NCBI GenBank assembly: GCA_002269645.1
Contig: NIVC01001655.1
Span: 62,001 to 126,000 of the forward strand
Origin: Macrostomum lignano
Taxonomy: Eukaryota
Length of the DNA: 64,000 bases
Direction: 5' to 3'
Shown here: positions 50,398 through 63,159 of the stretch, in pieces
How positions within the stretch are numbered: position 1 is the stretch's first letter
Layout: the number at the start of each line of letters is the position of its first letter
Program-made: the position numbers and the translations under genes
Notes under the pieces: model-generated
What the model was told of the DNA's origin: nothing
Database searches by the model: none
The model's input: only the letters and a program-made list of their open reading frames with translations

Positions 50398-50850
50398 TTA
50401 GCTGATCAAGTCCCAAAAACATTAGCTGATCAAGTCCCAAAAACATTAGCTGATCAAGTCCCAAAACATAAGCTGATCAAGTCCCAAAACATTAGCTGAT
50501 CAAGTCCCAAAACATTAGCTGATCAAGTCTCAAAACATTAGCTGATCAAGTCCCAAAACATTAGCTGATCAAGTCCCAAAACATTAGCTGATCAAGTCCC
50601 AAAAACATTAGCTGATCAAGTCCCAAAACATTAGCTGATCAAGTCCCAAAAACATTAGCTGATCAAGTCCCAAAACATTAGCTGATCAAGTCCCAAAACA
50701 TTAGCTGATCAAGTCCCAAAAACATTAGCTGATCAAGTTCCAAAAACATTAGCTGATCAAGTTCCAAAAACATTAGCTGATCAAGTTCCAAAAACATTAG
50801 CTGATCAAGTTCCAAAAACATTAGCTGATCAAGTTCCAAAAACATTAGCG
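50398..50850. repeat. 24/25-bp minisatellite (TTAGCTGATCAAGTCCCAAAAACA)
   Basis: About 18 tandem units. Confidence 0.95.
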
Positions 50851-51364
50851 TATTATGCGAGCGTATTTCGGAGAGATTTTGGTTTGGTTTTAGCCCGTAA
50901 TACAAAAATTTTTGTCGGTATTATTCTTAATCCTTGCCTGTTTCTCCATCGTAAAAAATTCTGATGAACAAACTTATTTATCATATCGCTAGACCTCGAC
51001 ACTACGTCTGTTTTAAAAGTCAGCTTCGAGCTATCAGTGACATTTAAAATGACTCTATTGTGTTGTGCCACAATCAATTTTAAATATTTGACGTATTTTT
51101 ATAACTCACTGATGTCACCTGGTGTTGGTTTGTTTTGCCGCATTCTTCCATTGCTACTGTGTGTTGAAGTATAGCTCGTAGGTTGTTGCATATTGACGCT
51201 CATACAATTTTTGAAAAAAGGCCATTAGAGAGTAAAAAAACAGTGACTGACTTCTTGTAATTTTTTTCTAGCTCGTACTTTGATTTGAGTAGCTGTGCTT
51301 TCGTAATATTTTGTTTGGTTTCAAAGAATTTAAAACGCACTTTGAAATTATCACACTCTTCCAG

Positions 51365-52585
51365 CAGCTGAGACAAATCAAAGCGACTCGTCGACAGCAA
51401 CAGCTCCCGCTGCTGCTGCTGCTGCTGCTGCTACTGCTACTGACTGCTTCAGCGGTTCTCGCCGACTCCAAAGAACTGGCACTTCAACGGTATCTTGACA
51501 GTCGCGCCGTCAGCCGAAACATCTGGCCTCTGAAAGTTGACAGTCCCGAGGCCGCGTGGTTCCTGGTCGTCGACTTCGCGCCCCTAGCCCTGGTGCAGTT
51601 GGACTCCACATCCCAGTCGCTCAAACTGCTCGCCTCTCTGCAAATCGACTGGCCCGATGAGGTCAACGTGTGGGACGTCGGCCGCCATCCGCTTCGACTG
51701 ACGCATCGACGATCATCGGAGCTCTGGCACCCGACGGTGTTGCTGCAGAATGCTCTGGACAGTTCGAGCGGCCTGCTGAAACCGCAGGGCTCGATCTTGC
51801 TGCGTCACCAGGCTAACAATAAAACCCTAGGAAGCATGAAAATCCGTCGGGTCTTCGATGTTGGCTGTTTGGCCGATATTCGAAAGTTCCCTCACGACAC
51901 TCTGTACTGCGATCTGGTCTTCGTGGTGATGGGAGCGCCGCCCAACGCCGAAGCTATTGCACTTCGCCCGGTGCCAACATCTGGTTACGTTGCTCACAGC
52001 GAGTGGCAGCTCATTAATGTCAGCACGCGAACAAAGGTTGAGCTGTTTCCGGGTTACCTGGAGCAGGTCCCAGCCCTCACTGTTGCACTGCAGTTTCAGC
52101 GGAACGGAGATTTCTATCAGCGAAACCTGGTGCTGCCAGTCTGCGTACTGACGGTCCTGCACGTCGTGGTGTTCGCGGTGCCCGCCCAGCCAAGCCGCAA
52201 GCTGACGCTGGGAAGCAGCATCCTGCTCGGCTTCATTCTCTACCTGTTGCTGTTTGAGCAGATCATACCAAAGTCGCAGCAGCTACCATCGATTTTCTTT
52301 GCCTTCCACGCCGCTTTGATTTTCTCTGTCGCGACCATCGTGTTGGCGGCCGGGGTGTTGATCATGTACCACAAGAGGGGCTGGGGGCCGCCGAGGTGCC
52401 TGCAGATGCTGCTGGTTCGCCTGCTTGGCAGCTGCGTGTTGCTGCCGGCTGAGCGGACGCTGAGCAGCTCGTCGCGACCGCGGCAGCTGTGGCGGGGGGC
52501 CGCCAAGGTCGCCGACCGAACCCTGACCATCGCTGCAGTTGTGGTGGCAGCCATCTGCGTTGCAAGTTTCTCGCGATATTCCTAG
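51365..52585 (+). CDS. Divergent Cys-loop ligand-gated ion channel subunit 2; one large exon, start codon not located
   Basis: Acceptor CTTCCAG at 51364; poly-Leu signal peptide; LWHPTV; Cys-loop C-LADIRKFPHDTLY-C; four TM helices; PSRKLTLG before M2; no in-frame ATG upstream of the signal peptide. Confidence 0.85.
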   Translation, partial: QLRQIKATRRQQQLPLLLLLLLLLLLTASAVLADSKELALQRYLDSRAVSRNIWPLKVDSPEAAWFLVVDFAPLALVQLDSTSQSLKLLASLQIDWPDEVNVWDVGRHPLRLTHRRSSELWHPTVLLQNALDSSSGLLKPQGSILLRHQANNKTLGSMKIRRVFDVGCLADIRKFPHDTLYCDLVFVVMGAPPNAEAIALRPVPTSGYVAHSEWQLINVSTRTKVELFPGYLEQVPALTVALQFQRNGDFYQRNLVLPVCVLTVLHVVVFAVPAQPSRKLTLGSSILLGFILYLLLFEQIIPKSQQLPSIFFAFHAALIFSVATIVLAAGVLIMYHKRGWGPPRCLQMLLVRLLGSCVLLPAERTLSSSSRPRQLWRGAAKVADRTLTIAAVVVAAICVASFSRYS

Positions 52586-53519
52586 AGATGGAATTCATGG
52601 AAGTTGCACAATTAAGTGAACAATGGATTTTGCAGTCGTGGACCCTGCGGTTGAGGCTACTTGTTTATAATTATTCTTAAGTGGATTTAACTGGTTTGAA
52701 AGGGTAAAGTGCGGCCACCAGGTCCCTGATTTTCTCTAATTCTTCAGCGATCCTTCAGCGATTCCTTTAGCGATCAAAGAATAAAGGCAGGAAACCAAAT
52801 GATTTATTTACCCGAAGGTTTACCTGAAACTGAGTAACGTAGAAATGAGCATGCAATAGGTATTACAGTCACTTGTCCTAAAATTGGTGCAGATTTAGTT
52901 AGGCATTGACTACCTTGGTGTACTGTTATGGGCATCGACTACCTGTAACAGTTTTACGTATTCCCCCAATTTCTATTATTCTTGATCTTACCTCTATATT
53001 TACCTTGAAGTTAGAATAAGCTTCAACACTGACACCCAACTTAAAAACCCTTTTGTCTCCCCGAGCTTCAAATGCTCGATACTTATAAGGAACTCCCAAA
53101 TTCGCGATCTAATCTAATCCTAAGCTGAAACTACTGATAGTAGTGCAAAAGCATTTCTGCACTAATACAATATTTTGCCACATCTTTTAACATCGCTGAA
53201 AACATTGTAACGATTAAAAGTACGTAATTGTGCATAAAGATGCTGGTTTTAAGCACTAAAAAAGTAGGAAATTTTCGTAGACAGGTTTATTTGAATGTAA
53301 AGTAATAAAATACAGCTATGGCGGCCTGCCTTTTGTAATTTTTGTCAATTTCAACTACAATAAACATTTTAATCGTAATTCAGTGTCTCGGACCTGCGAC
53401 CAAAAATGAGACCAAAAAATCCATTTCCGCCGTCAAACGCTACCGCTCCGATTCTTTGAATGGTTGATTCATATCGGGAATTGAAGTGGGGGCTCAACTG
53501 TCTCACCGCGACTGTCTCA

Positions 53520-56500
53520 CTGAGACACTTGAGAGAGGAGACACATGTAGAGGAGACACAGTGAGAGGAGACACAGGGAGAGGAGACACAGGGAGACACA
53601 GGGAGAGGAGACACAGGGAGAGGAGACACAGTGAGAGGAGACACAGGGAGAGGAGACACAGGGAGAGGAGACACAGGGAGAGGAGACACAGGGAGACACA
53701 GGGAGAGGAGACACAGGGAGAGAAGACACAAGGAGAGAAGACACAGGGAGAGAAGACACAGGAGAGGAGACACAGGGAGAGAAGACACAGGGAGAGAAGA
53801 CACAGGGAGAGGAGACACAGGGAGAGAAGACACAGGGAGAGAAGACACAGGGAGAGAAGACACAGGGAGACACAGGGAGAGGAGACACAGGGAGAGGAGA
53901 CACAGGAGAGGAGACACAGGGAGAGGAGACACAGGGAGAGAAGACACAGGGAGAGAAGACACAGGGAGAGGAGACACAGGGAGAGAAGACACAGGGAGAG
54001 AAGACACAGGGAGAGAAGACACAGGGAGAGAAGACACAGGGAGAGGAGACACAGGGAGAGAAGACACAGGGAGAGAAGACACAGGGAGAGGAGACACCGG
54101 GAGAGGAGACACAGGGAGAGGAGACACAGGGAGAGGAGACACAGGGAGAGGAGACACAGGGAGAGGAGACACAGGGAGAGGAGACACAGGGAGACACAGG
54201 GAGAGGAGACACAGGGAGAGGAGACGCAGGGAGAGGAGACACAGGGAGAGGAGACACCGGGAGAGGAGACACAGGGAGAGAAGACACAGGGAGAGAAGAC
54301 ACAGGGAGAGGAGACACAGGGAGAGGAGACACAGGGAGACACAGGGAGAGGAGACACAGGGAGAGGAGACACAGGGAGAGGAGACACAGGGAGAGGAGAC
54401 ACAGGGAGAGGAGACACAGGGAGAGGAGACACAGTGAGAGGAGACACAGGGAGAGGAGACACAGGGAGAGGAGACACAGGGAGAGGAGACACAGGGAGAG
54501 GAGACACAGGGAGAGGAGACACAGGGAGAGGAGACACAGGGAGAGGAGACACAGGAGAGGAGACACAGGGAGACACAGGGAGAGGAGACACAGGGAGAGG
54601 AGACACAGGGAGAGAAGACACAGGGAGAGGAGACACAGGGAGACACAGGGAGAGGAGACACAGGGAGAGAAGACACAGGGAGACACAAGGAGAGGAGACA
54701 CAGGGAGAGAAGACACAGGGAGAGGAGACACAGGGAGAGGAGACACAGGGAGAGGAGACACAGGGAGAGGAGACACAGGGAGAGGAGACACAGGGAGAGG
54801 AGACACAGGGAGAGGAGACACAGGGAGACACAGGGAGAGAAGACACAGGGAGAGGAGACACAGGGAGAGGAGACACAGGGAGAGGAGACACAGGGAGAGG
54901 AGACACAGGAATAGGAGACACAGGGAGAGGAGACACAGGGAGAGGAGACACAGGGAAAGGAGACACAGGGAGAGGAGACACAGGGAGAGGAGACACAGGG
55001 AGAGGAGACACAGGGAGAGGAGACACAGGGAGAGGAGACACAGGGAGAGGAGACACAGGGAGAGGAGACACAGGGAGAGGAGACACAGGGAGAGGAGACA
55101 CAGGGAAAGGAGACACAGGGAGAGGAGACACAGGGAGAGGAGACACAGGGAGAGGAGACACAGGGAGAGGAGACACAGGGAGAGGAGACACAGGGAGAGG
55201 AGACACAGGAGAGGAGACACAGGGAGACACAGGGAGAGGAGACACAGGGAGACACAGGGAGAGGAGACACAGGGATAGGAGACACAGGGAGAGGAGACAC
55301 AGGGAGAGGAGACACAGGGAAAGGAGACACAGGGAGAGGAGACACAGGGAGAGGAGACACAGGGAGAGGAGACACAGGGAGAGGAGACACAGGGAGAGGA
55401 GACACAGGGAGAGGAGACACAGGAGAGGAGACACAGGGATAGGAGACACAGGGATAGGAGACACAGGGAGAGGAGACACAGGGAGAGGAGACACAGGGAG
55501 AGGAGACACAGGGAGAGGAGACACAGGGAGAGGAGACACAGGGAGAGGAGACACAGGGAGAGGAGACACAGGGAGAGGAGACACAGGGATAGGAGACACA
55601 GGGAGAGGAGACACAGGGAGAGGAGACACAGGGAAAGGAGACACAGGGAGAGGAGACACAGGGAGAGGAGACACAGGGAGAGGAGACACAGGAGAGGAGA
55701 CACAGGGATAGGAGACACAGGGAGAGGAGACACAGGGAGAGGAGACACAGGGAGAGGAGACACAGGGAGAGGAGACACAGGGAGAGGAGACACAGGGAGA
55801 GGAGACACAGGGAGAGGAGAGGAGAGGAGACACAGGGAGAGGAGACACAGGGAGAGGAGACACAGGGAGAGGAGACACAGGGAGAGGAGACACAGGGAGA
55901 GGAGACACAGGGAGAGGAGACACAGGGAGAGGAGACACAGGGATAGGAGACACAGGGAGAGGAGACACAGGGAGACACAGGGAGAGGAGACACAGGGAGA
56001 GGAGACACAGGGAGAGGAGACACAGGAATAGGAGACACAGGGAGAGGAGACACAGGGAGAGGAGACACAGGGAAAGGAGACACAGGGAGAGGAGACACAG
56101 GGAGAGGAGACACAGGGAGAGGAGACACAGGGAGAGAAGACACAGGGAGACACAGGGAGAGGAGACACAGGGAGAGGAGACACAGGGAGAGGAGACACAG
56201 GAGAGGAGACACAGGGAGACACAGGGAGAGGAGACACCGGGAGAGGAGACACAGGGAGAGGAGACACCGGGAGAGGAGACACAGGGAGAGGAGACACAGG
56301 GAGAGAAGACACAGGGAGAGGAGACACAGGGAGAGAAGACACAGGGAGAGAAGACACAGGGAGAGAAGACACAGGGAGACACAGGGAGAGGAGACACAGG
56401 GAGAGGAGACACAGGGAGAGGAGACACAGGGAGAGGAGACACAGGGAGACACAGGGAGAGCAGACACAGGAGAGGAGACACAGGGAGACACAGGGAGAGG

Positions 56501-56570
56501 AGACACAGGAGAGGAGACACAGGGAGAAACAGGGAGAGGAGACACAGGGAGAGGAGACAAGGAGAGAGGT
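53520..56570. repeat. ~3-kb purine-rich 15-bp minisatellite (GGAGAGGAGACACAG)
   Basis: About 200 units with variant units; source of the 700-1080 aa spurious ORFs. Confidence 0.98.
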
Positions 56571-57065
56571 GGCAGCAAGGAATTTGAAGTCCTCGTACAA
56601 TGGATTGGCGTCATGTGCAAAAAAGGTCGTCATAAACTTTTATCAGCAGTCGCGGGACATCATGACGTGTTTCAATCCTTTTCATCCCCCCAGCATTTGA
56701 CCAGACAGAAAAATGTGACACTGGATTTATTTGCTACAGTGGGAAAAGTTCGGGGCAAACAAAATATTCTCTGCCCCGAAATCGAACCAGCATAAATGGA
56801 GAATTACAGTCATTATGAGTCAGGAATGCGACCCTCCCTCCGTCGCAAAGGGGCTGGTTTAGGGTTCGAATCTTTGTCAAATAAAAATAGCGGCCTCAGG
56901 AACGCTGTGGTTGTCGAAAAAGACGAATATCGTAGGAGGTTGTCGATTTGGTTTCGCCCTGATTTAACCCTCAGAAAGCAAAAAGATGTCTACTGTAGAA
57001 ACTGCCTGTAGTGTTCCATCCGCACTATTCAATTCATATTCCCTAACTTTAACTCCCTACTGTAA

Positions 57066-57137
57066 GGGGGGCCGTAGCCCAGCGGTAGCGCAGGCTCTGG
57101 TGTGCCAGCGACCCAGGCTCGATTCCAAGTGCAGTCA
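57066..57137 (+). mobile_element. tRNA-like sequence, probable SINE head or tRNA pseudogene
   Basis: A box TAGCCCAGCGG and B box GGCTCGATTCC at tRNA-like spacing; anticodon arm (CTGG-TGTG-CCAG) and acceptor stem are non-canonical. Confidence 0.6.
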
Positions 57138-57269
57138 CATTAATTTGGGACTGAATTGGAATCTCGGCTTGGCTCTGCTCGTGCAATTAACGGCCTTGAG
57201 AGCCAACCCCTCAAGGCGCAGTGAAGTGTACATGCCTAACGATAATATAAAGTTAGGGCCGCTGTACAC

Positions 57270-57395
57270 CTGTGTGAGTGTGTGCCTGTGTACGTATCCG
57301 CGCGCTTGTATGCCTGCTCAGGGGAGTCGGCGGAATGGGCAGTAATGCCTCTCGCCGGTTGTGTGCCAATGTCGCTTAAAGTGCGCCAGGGTGCA
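57270..57395. repeat. ~130-bp dispersed direct repeat, second copy at ~59650-59785
   Basis: Shared CGTATCCGCGCGCTTGTATGCCTGCTCAGG...TGTCGCTTAAAGTGCGCCAGGGTGCA. Confidence 0.85.
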
Positions 57396-57927
57396 CACAA
57401 CCCCCCTGCCTCTAAAAAAAAAAAATTCCCTACTGTTGATGACTACTACACTGCAGCATTGAACTGGACAAGCGTGAAATATTTATATTTGGCCAAGGAA
57501 AGTGCGCTAAAAATTTTGAAATGTCTAACAGTTTAATTGTGTCCTATCTGTAGTAACCTCTATTTGAATGCAGTTTCAAGCGCATGACATTTTTTAGGGC
57601 ACAATCAAAGTTCATGACGAACATGCATTTTTCAACACTACCTACTAGCTTTAGATAATACGAAGTTATATAATGGCAATCTAGAAATGTCGTACAATCA
57701 GGCATGTACACTCTGCACTTTGGGGTTGGCCCTCAAAGCTGTGAATCGCACGGGACCACCCTCAGGAAATTTTTTCTGATCGAACCAAGAAGCTGTTGAA
57801 ATAAGCAAAGACACATTTGACAGAAAAACTTCAGGCCGCGATTTCATTTTATTTGTTGACTACCAGAACCACACGGTGATGATTGAATTTATAGTTTTAA
57901 AGATCGGTGTCCGAAGAGGTGCATAGA

Positions 57928-59187
57928 CCGGGGCGTCGCCATGGATTTTATGGTGGGGGACAAAGCCGAAAATCCTACATGTAGCTCGTACATGACTAAA
58001 TTTCTACATGAAAATTATTTCCGAATCAGCGTTGTCATCGATCATTCTAGCGCAGGTGCCATTTTGGCGCCACAGGCACTCATTTTAGCGCCACAGGCAC
58101 TCATTTTGGCGCCACAGGCACTCATTTCAGCGCCACAGGCACTCATTTTAGCGCCGCGGGCACTCATTTTAGCACCGCGGGCACTCATTTTAGCGCCGCG
58201 GGCACTCATTTTAGCACCGCGGGCACTCATTTTAGCACCGCGGGCACTCATTTTAGCACCGCGGGCACTCATTTTAGCACCGCAGGCACTCATTTTAGCG
58301 CCGCAGGCACTCATTTTAGCACCGCAGGCACTCATTTTAGCGCCGCAGGCACTCATTTTAGCACCGCAGGCACTCATTTTAGCACCGCAGGCACTCATTT
58401 TAGCACCGCAGGCACTCATTTTAGCACCGCAGGCACTCATTTTAGCACCGCAGGCACTCATTTTAGCGCCGCAGGCACTCATTTTAGCACCGCAGGCACT
58501 CATTTTAGCGCCGCAGGCAGTCATTTTAGCACCGCAAGCACTCATTTTAGCGCCGCTGGCACTCATTTTAGCGCCGCAAGCACTCATTTTAGCGCCGCAG
58601 GCACTCATTTTGGCGCCGCAAGCACTCATTTTAGCACCGCGGGCACTCATTTTAGCACCGCAGGCACTCATTTTAGCGCCGCAGGCACTCATTTTAGCAC
58701 CGCGGGCACTCATTTTAGCACCGCAGGCACTCATTTTAGCGCCGCAGGCACTCATTTTAGCACCGCAGGCACTCATTTTAGCGCCACAGGCACTCATTTT
58801 AGCACCGCAGGCACTCATTTTAGCACCGCAGGCACTCATTTTAGCGCCGCAGGCACTCATTTTAGCACCGCAGGCACTCATTTTAGCGCCGCTGGCACTC
58901 ATTTTAGCGCCGCAAGCACTCATTTTAGCGCCGCAGGCACTCATTTTGGCGCCGCAGGCACTCATTTTAGCGCCGCAGGCAGTCATTTTAGCGCCGCAGG
59001 CAGTAATTTTAGCGCCGCAAGCACTATGTTTTGTCGATCTAAAGCAAAAATTTTGATTTCCATAACGGGTTAATCAGGTGGGGTTGGGGGGGGGGACGGG
59101 ACAAAGCATTGGCATGTCCCCCACATAGCTTTTACTGGGGGGGGGGGGGTATGTCCCACTGCCCCCCACCCGGTGGCGACGCCCCTG
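57928..59187. mobile_element. Complete non-autonomous hAT MITE carrying a ~970-bp 21-bp minisatellite (GCAGGCACTCATTTTAGCGCC)
   Basis: TIR CCGGGGCGTCGCCA / TGGCGACGCCCCTG (13/14); perfect 8-bp TSD TGCATAGA at 57920-57927 and 59188-59195. Confidence 0.93.
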
Positions 59188-59377
59188 TGCATAGAGGATG
59201 AAAAAGACAATTAAAAGAAGGTTATTGCTAAAACACTATTTTAACACTTTGTGGTGCATTCTGTGCATGCATTCGTGGCGCATCCATTAGGGCAAACCAC
59301 CGAGCTATTGTTTCCTGACGCGTGATAGAGAAATAATCAATAAAACAGAGCGCTGAGCATCACCAGCTGTTCACAGA

Positions 59378-60599
59378 TCACTTCGCCTTCTTTCCTTTCT
59401 TCTTTCCCTTTCGCTTGCCCTTCTGCTTTCCCTTGCCCTTGCCGGCCTGGCCTTTGCCAGCTTTGCCGGAACCGCCTCCGCCGCCTCCGCCGCCCAGCTG
59501 GGCCGCCTCCGCCTCTGCCGCCATCGCCTTGGCCCGCCGGCGTCCCATCGGGGTTCGCTCGTACCAACGCTTGAAGGCCTCCTCTTCGTCCGAGTGCACG
59601 AACTCTCGTCTGCAAGGAGGGGGGGGGGTTGCCATGCAGTTTATAGTCGTGTGAGTGTGTGCCTGTGCGTATGATTGCGTACGTATCCGCGCGCTTGTAT
59701 GCCTGCTCAGGAGATTCGGCGGAATGGGCAGTAATGCCTCTTGCCGGTTGTCTGACAATGTCGCTTAAAGTGCGCCAGGGTGCATGCAAGGACCACTAGA
59801 AGTTACCCTTGTATCAGGTCGCAACACTCGTGAATATTGCAAAATTATTTGAAGGCCCGCTTGTTTGCGTGTATTTAGCGATGCTTGTCTTCAGAAAAGC
59901 TTTATACTGGACTGTTTTAAAGAATTGCCTGCACTACATTTGAGCCTCAGAAGCTCCAGAATAGGTGTGTTTATAATTTATCAAGGCTTTAATTTGTTGA
60001 ATCTACATATTTACAGTATTTATGCCATACTCAAATTTGCAGCCTACTCAACTCTGTGCAGGTTATCTGCTCTATTAAGCTTCCAAACTGCAGGATATAA
60101 AGCATGGTCTGCTACTTTATCCAGACTATGAGGCAGTGGTTGAAATAACTGAAACTTTATTCATTTTGAATGCAATGAAATATTGCGTATTGCCGTTACT
60201 TTACACGTAGATACAGCGTAGAATTAGAACTATCATTCTAAGTCCAATCAGTCCAGAATTATGAGTATTTAAAGTTTAGTTGCAATGCAAACATGCAAGG
60301 ACCACTGGACCATGCAGCAGTCCTTGGCCTCACATTTGTCTCAGCCAGTTGGAGTCCACTGAACAAAGTAAGGGTAGCCCGATGCCATGGCCCTGCTCAC
60401 CTGGCGATGGCCGGGATGAACTCCTGGGTGGTCAGCGGCCGATGCTGCAGCGCGGCCAGCCGCCTAGGTGTAAGAATCTCCTCGCAGCACAGCTTGATGT
60501 GCCCGATGGTGTTGCCGTCCGTGGCTTTTGCCAGGGCGCTGATGTCCAGCAGCTGCCCGCCGGGGCCTCCGTGACGAGCCAGAGCTCTGCGCCAAACCA
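59378..60599 (-). CDS. IQCA1: IQ and AAA domain-containing protein (IQCA1/DRC11), last two exons; rest of the gene not found in the window
   Basis: Exons 60599-60401 and 59609-59378, GT-AG, phase 2 junction; ISALAKATDG...PLTTQEFI...EEEAFKRWYERTPMGRRR plus Lys-rich tail match the IQCA1 C-terminus. Confidence 0.88.
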
Positions 60600-61954
60600 C
60601 TGCGAAGGAATTTTAAAGATTGATAAAATGAATAAATCAAGTTGTGCCATCTTTATGATTTTTAGACACATCAAATGTGCGCAAGATACAAAATAATAGA
60701 ATTGTCTACTCGTATAAAAATGAAAACTCTGTGTGTGTGTGTGTGTGTGTGTGTTTGCGCACGGGGCATTTGTTGGGCCATACGCGTACAACGGGACCCG
60801 CACTGTTGGGCCAAAAAAAATGTTGGGACTGTCCCATCAAGTCCGTCCAACACTTCCAAAAAACTTACAATAGCAGCTCAAAAAAATACTCTATGGATTC
60901 AGCTCGACAGCCTCTTTTTGATGGTGCAACTCATTTTTAATAATTTTACTTTCTGAGTCCATAATTAAGCAAAAACTGGCGTCCCAATAAGGAAAAATGA
61001 TACAAAATTCGACCAAATCACTATTGGGACACTGAAATGGCTAATCTGCTCCCGCATATTTTTATTGGTTTTTTCTCATATTTTTACTAATAGTAGATTT
61101 CAAGCGCATTCATTTGCTGCAGTCTTTGTTACAAGACGTAAATACATAGCATACATTAAAATACATACAAAGCAAAGCATAGCAAAACACTTTTAAGGGT
61201 ATTTTATTGTCAAAGGATGGTTCTGGATGGAGATAAACCTAAAGAAATGACAAGGGCTTACATGTACTTCTGACTGTGATGGGCATCAGTACTCTACACG
61301 AACTAAATTGTTAGGACAGTGTTGCAGTGTTGAATACAACAGCCCACTCTTGTTAGGACTCATGCTATTGACTGCTGCGCGCATTCGATATTCTATAAAT
61401 TGTTGGGACTGTGTGCTAGAGTGTCGTTTACAAAAGCCCACTCATATTAGGACTTACCCCGTACATGTTAGGACTAAGCCCTACCCCCCTGTGTACATGG
61501 CTCCAATTTACCAGAGTCCCCTTGCTAGTTAAGTGTACTTTTATTTTGGTCTATTATTGACGCCACCCCGCAAACGTACGGTAAAACTAAATTGGCATGT
61601 ACTCGCTATGCTGAAATCAATGGTCAACTCTGCCTCTGCCATGGCACCCGAGTCACCATGGTATGGAAAGAACAGCATGGAATGGCACAGCGAGAAACAT
61701 GTAAGTGGTATTAAAAAACTTTGTCGGAAACAAGAAGCATTTATATTTAAATGCTATAAAAAATACTGCTCCTGCTAAGCAGTACCTACCTTTACTTCAG
61801 GTATATCACCTTTGATCAACTGCCATGTGGCGCAATTGCCAAAGGATCCGTCGACTTTAACCAGTAAGCTGTAAAAGCTTTGAGTAAAACTTGACATTTC
61901 GTCTGAATCCATTGACACTCAATAGCCTACGTGTCCAACCACAAAAATTATAAG

Positions 61955-63159
61955 TTTTGTACTTTTAACTCTCAGATCGGGTCTTAGCAGATTCTATAGC
62001 TATGCATGCAAGGGCCCCTCAGAGGAGATGCTTAAACACTGCAGTGCATTTTTCCTAGCAATTATTGGGACACGAAGTGTTGGGCCACTGTGTGTGTGTG
62101 TCTAGTTTTTTCCGCATTTGTTAAGTCACCTAAAGAACTCAATTAATAAAGGGCTCCAGAACAAATTGATGGGCAAACGGATGACACACTGCACAGAGAC
62201 TTGTTGGGACATATTAAAAACAGCTTATTTTAGAATGGGTACACTTTACTAAAGTAGAATGCTCCTACAGAAAGCTGCAAGCAAACTAGCATCTTCTGGA
62301 GCTGACATGCAGAGAAGAATGATTTTGTCGTCCTTGAAATCACTAAACAGATATGCGAAATCGATCTTTTGCTAATCCCACCACAGGTTCCAGTGAAAAG
62401 AAGAAACGAAACCCATTGACTAAATTGGCAGTCGACTCAATCGATGCCGACTGCAACGGACCTGTCAGCTTCGAACTCAGGAGAGCAGCTAATAGTCTAC
62501 GAGAGTAATGCTAGATGCCAGAATGCTTCACAGCATCAAAGTATTTAAAGCAGAAGCTTCAATAAAAGGTTAGTTCATGCTGTGGCTGCATTCGTTTTCG
62601 TGTCTAGAAGCGTTATAACTTTTTGTACTTTTAACTCTCAGATCGGGTCTTAGCAGATTCTATAGCTATGCATGCAAGGGCCCCTCAGAGGAGATGCTTA
62701 AACACTGCAGTGCATTTTTCCTAGCAATTATTGGGACACGAAGTGTTGGGCCACTGTGTGTGTGTGTCTAGTTTTTTCCGCATTTGTTAAGTCACCTAAA
62801 GAACTCAATTAATAAAGGGCTCCAGAACAAATTGATGGGCAAACGGATGACACACTGCACAGAGACTTGTTGGGACATATTAAAAACAGCTTATTTTAGA
62901 ATGGGTACACTTTACTAAAGTAGAATGCTCCTACAGAAAGCTGCAAGCAAACTAGCATCTTCTGGAGCTGACATGCAGAGAAGAATGATTTTGTCGTCCT
63001 TGAAATCACTAAACAGATATGCGAAATCGATCTTTTGCTAATCCCACCACAGGTTCCAGTGAAAAGAAGAAACGAAACCCATTGACTAAATTGGCAGTCG
63101 ACTCAATCGATGCCGACTGCAACGGACCTGTCAGCTTCGAACTCAGGAGAGCAGCTAAT
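61955..63159. repeat. Tandem direct duplication (~540 bp, period 666 bp)
   Basis: 61955-62493 reads as essentially identical to 62621-63159. Confidence 0.95.

Noticed and set aside
50398-50850. CRISPR-like regular array
   Set aside because: Units are directly adjacent with no unique spacers, no cas genes, eukaryotic context; the same applies to all arrays here.
53369-56633. Four ORFs of 741-1083 aa
   Set aside because: Translations of the 15-bp minisatellite; open in several frames on both strands, no unique coding sequence.
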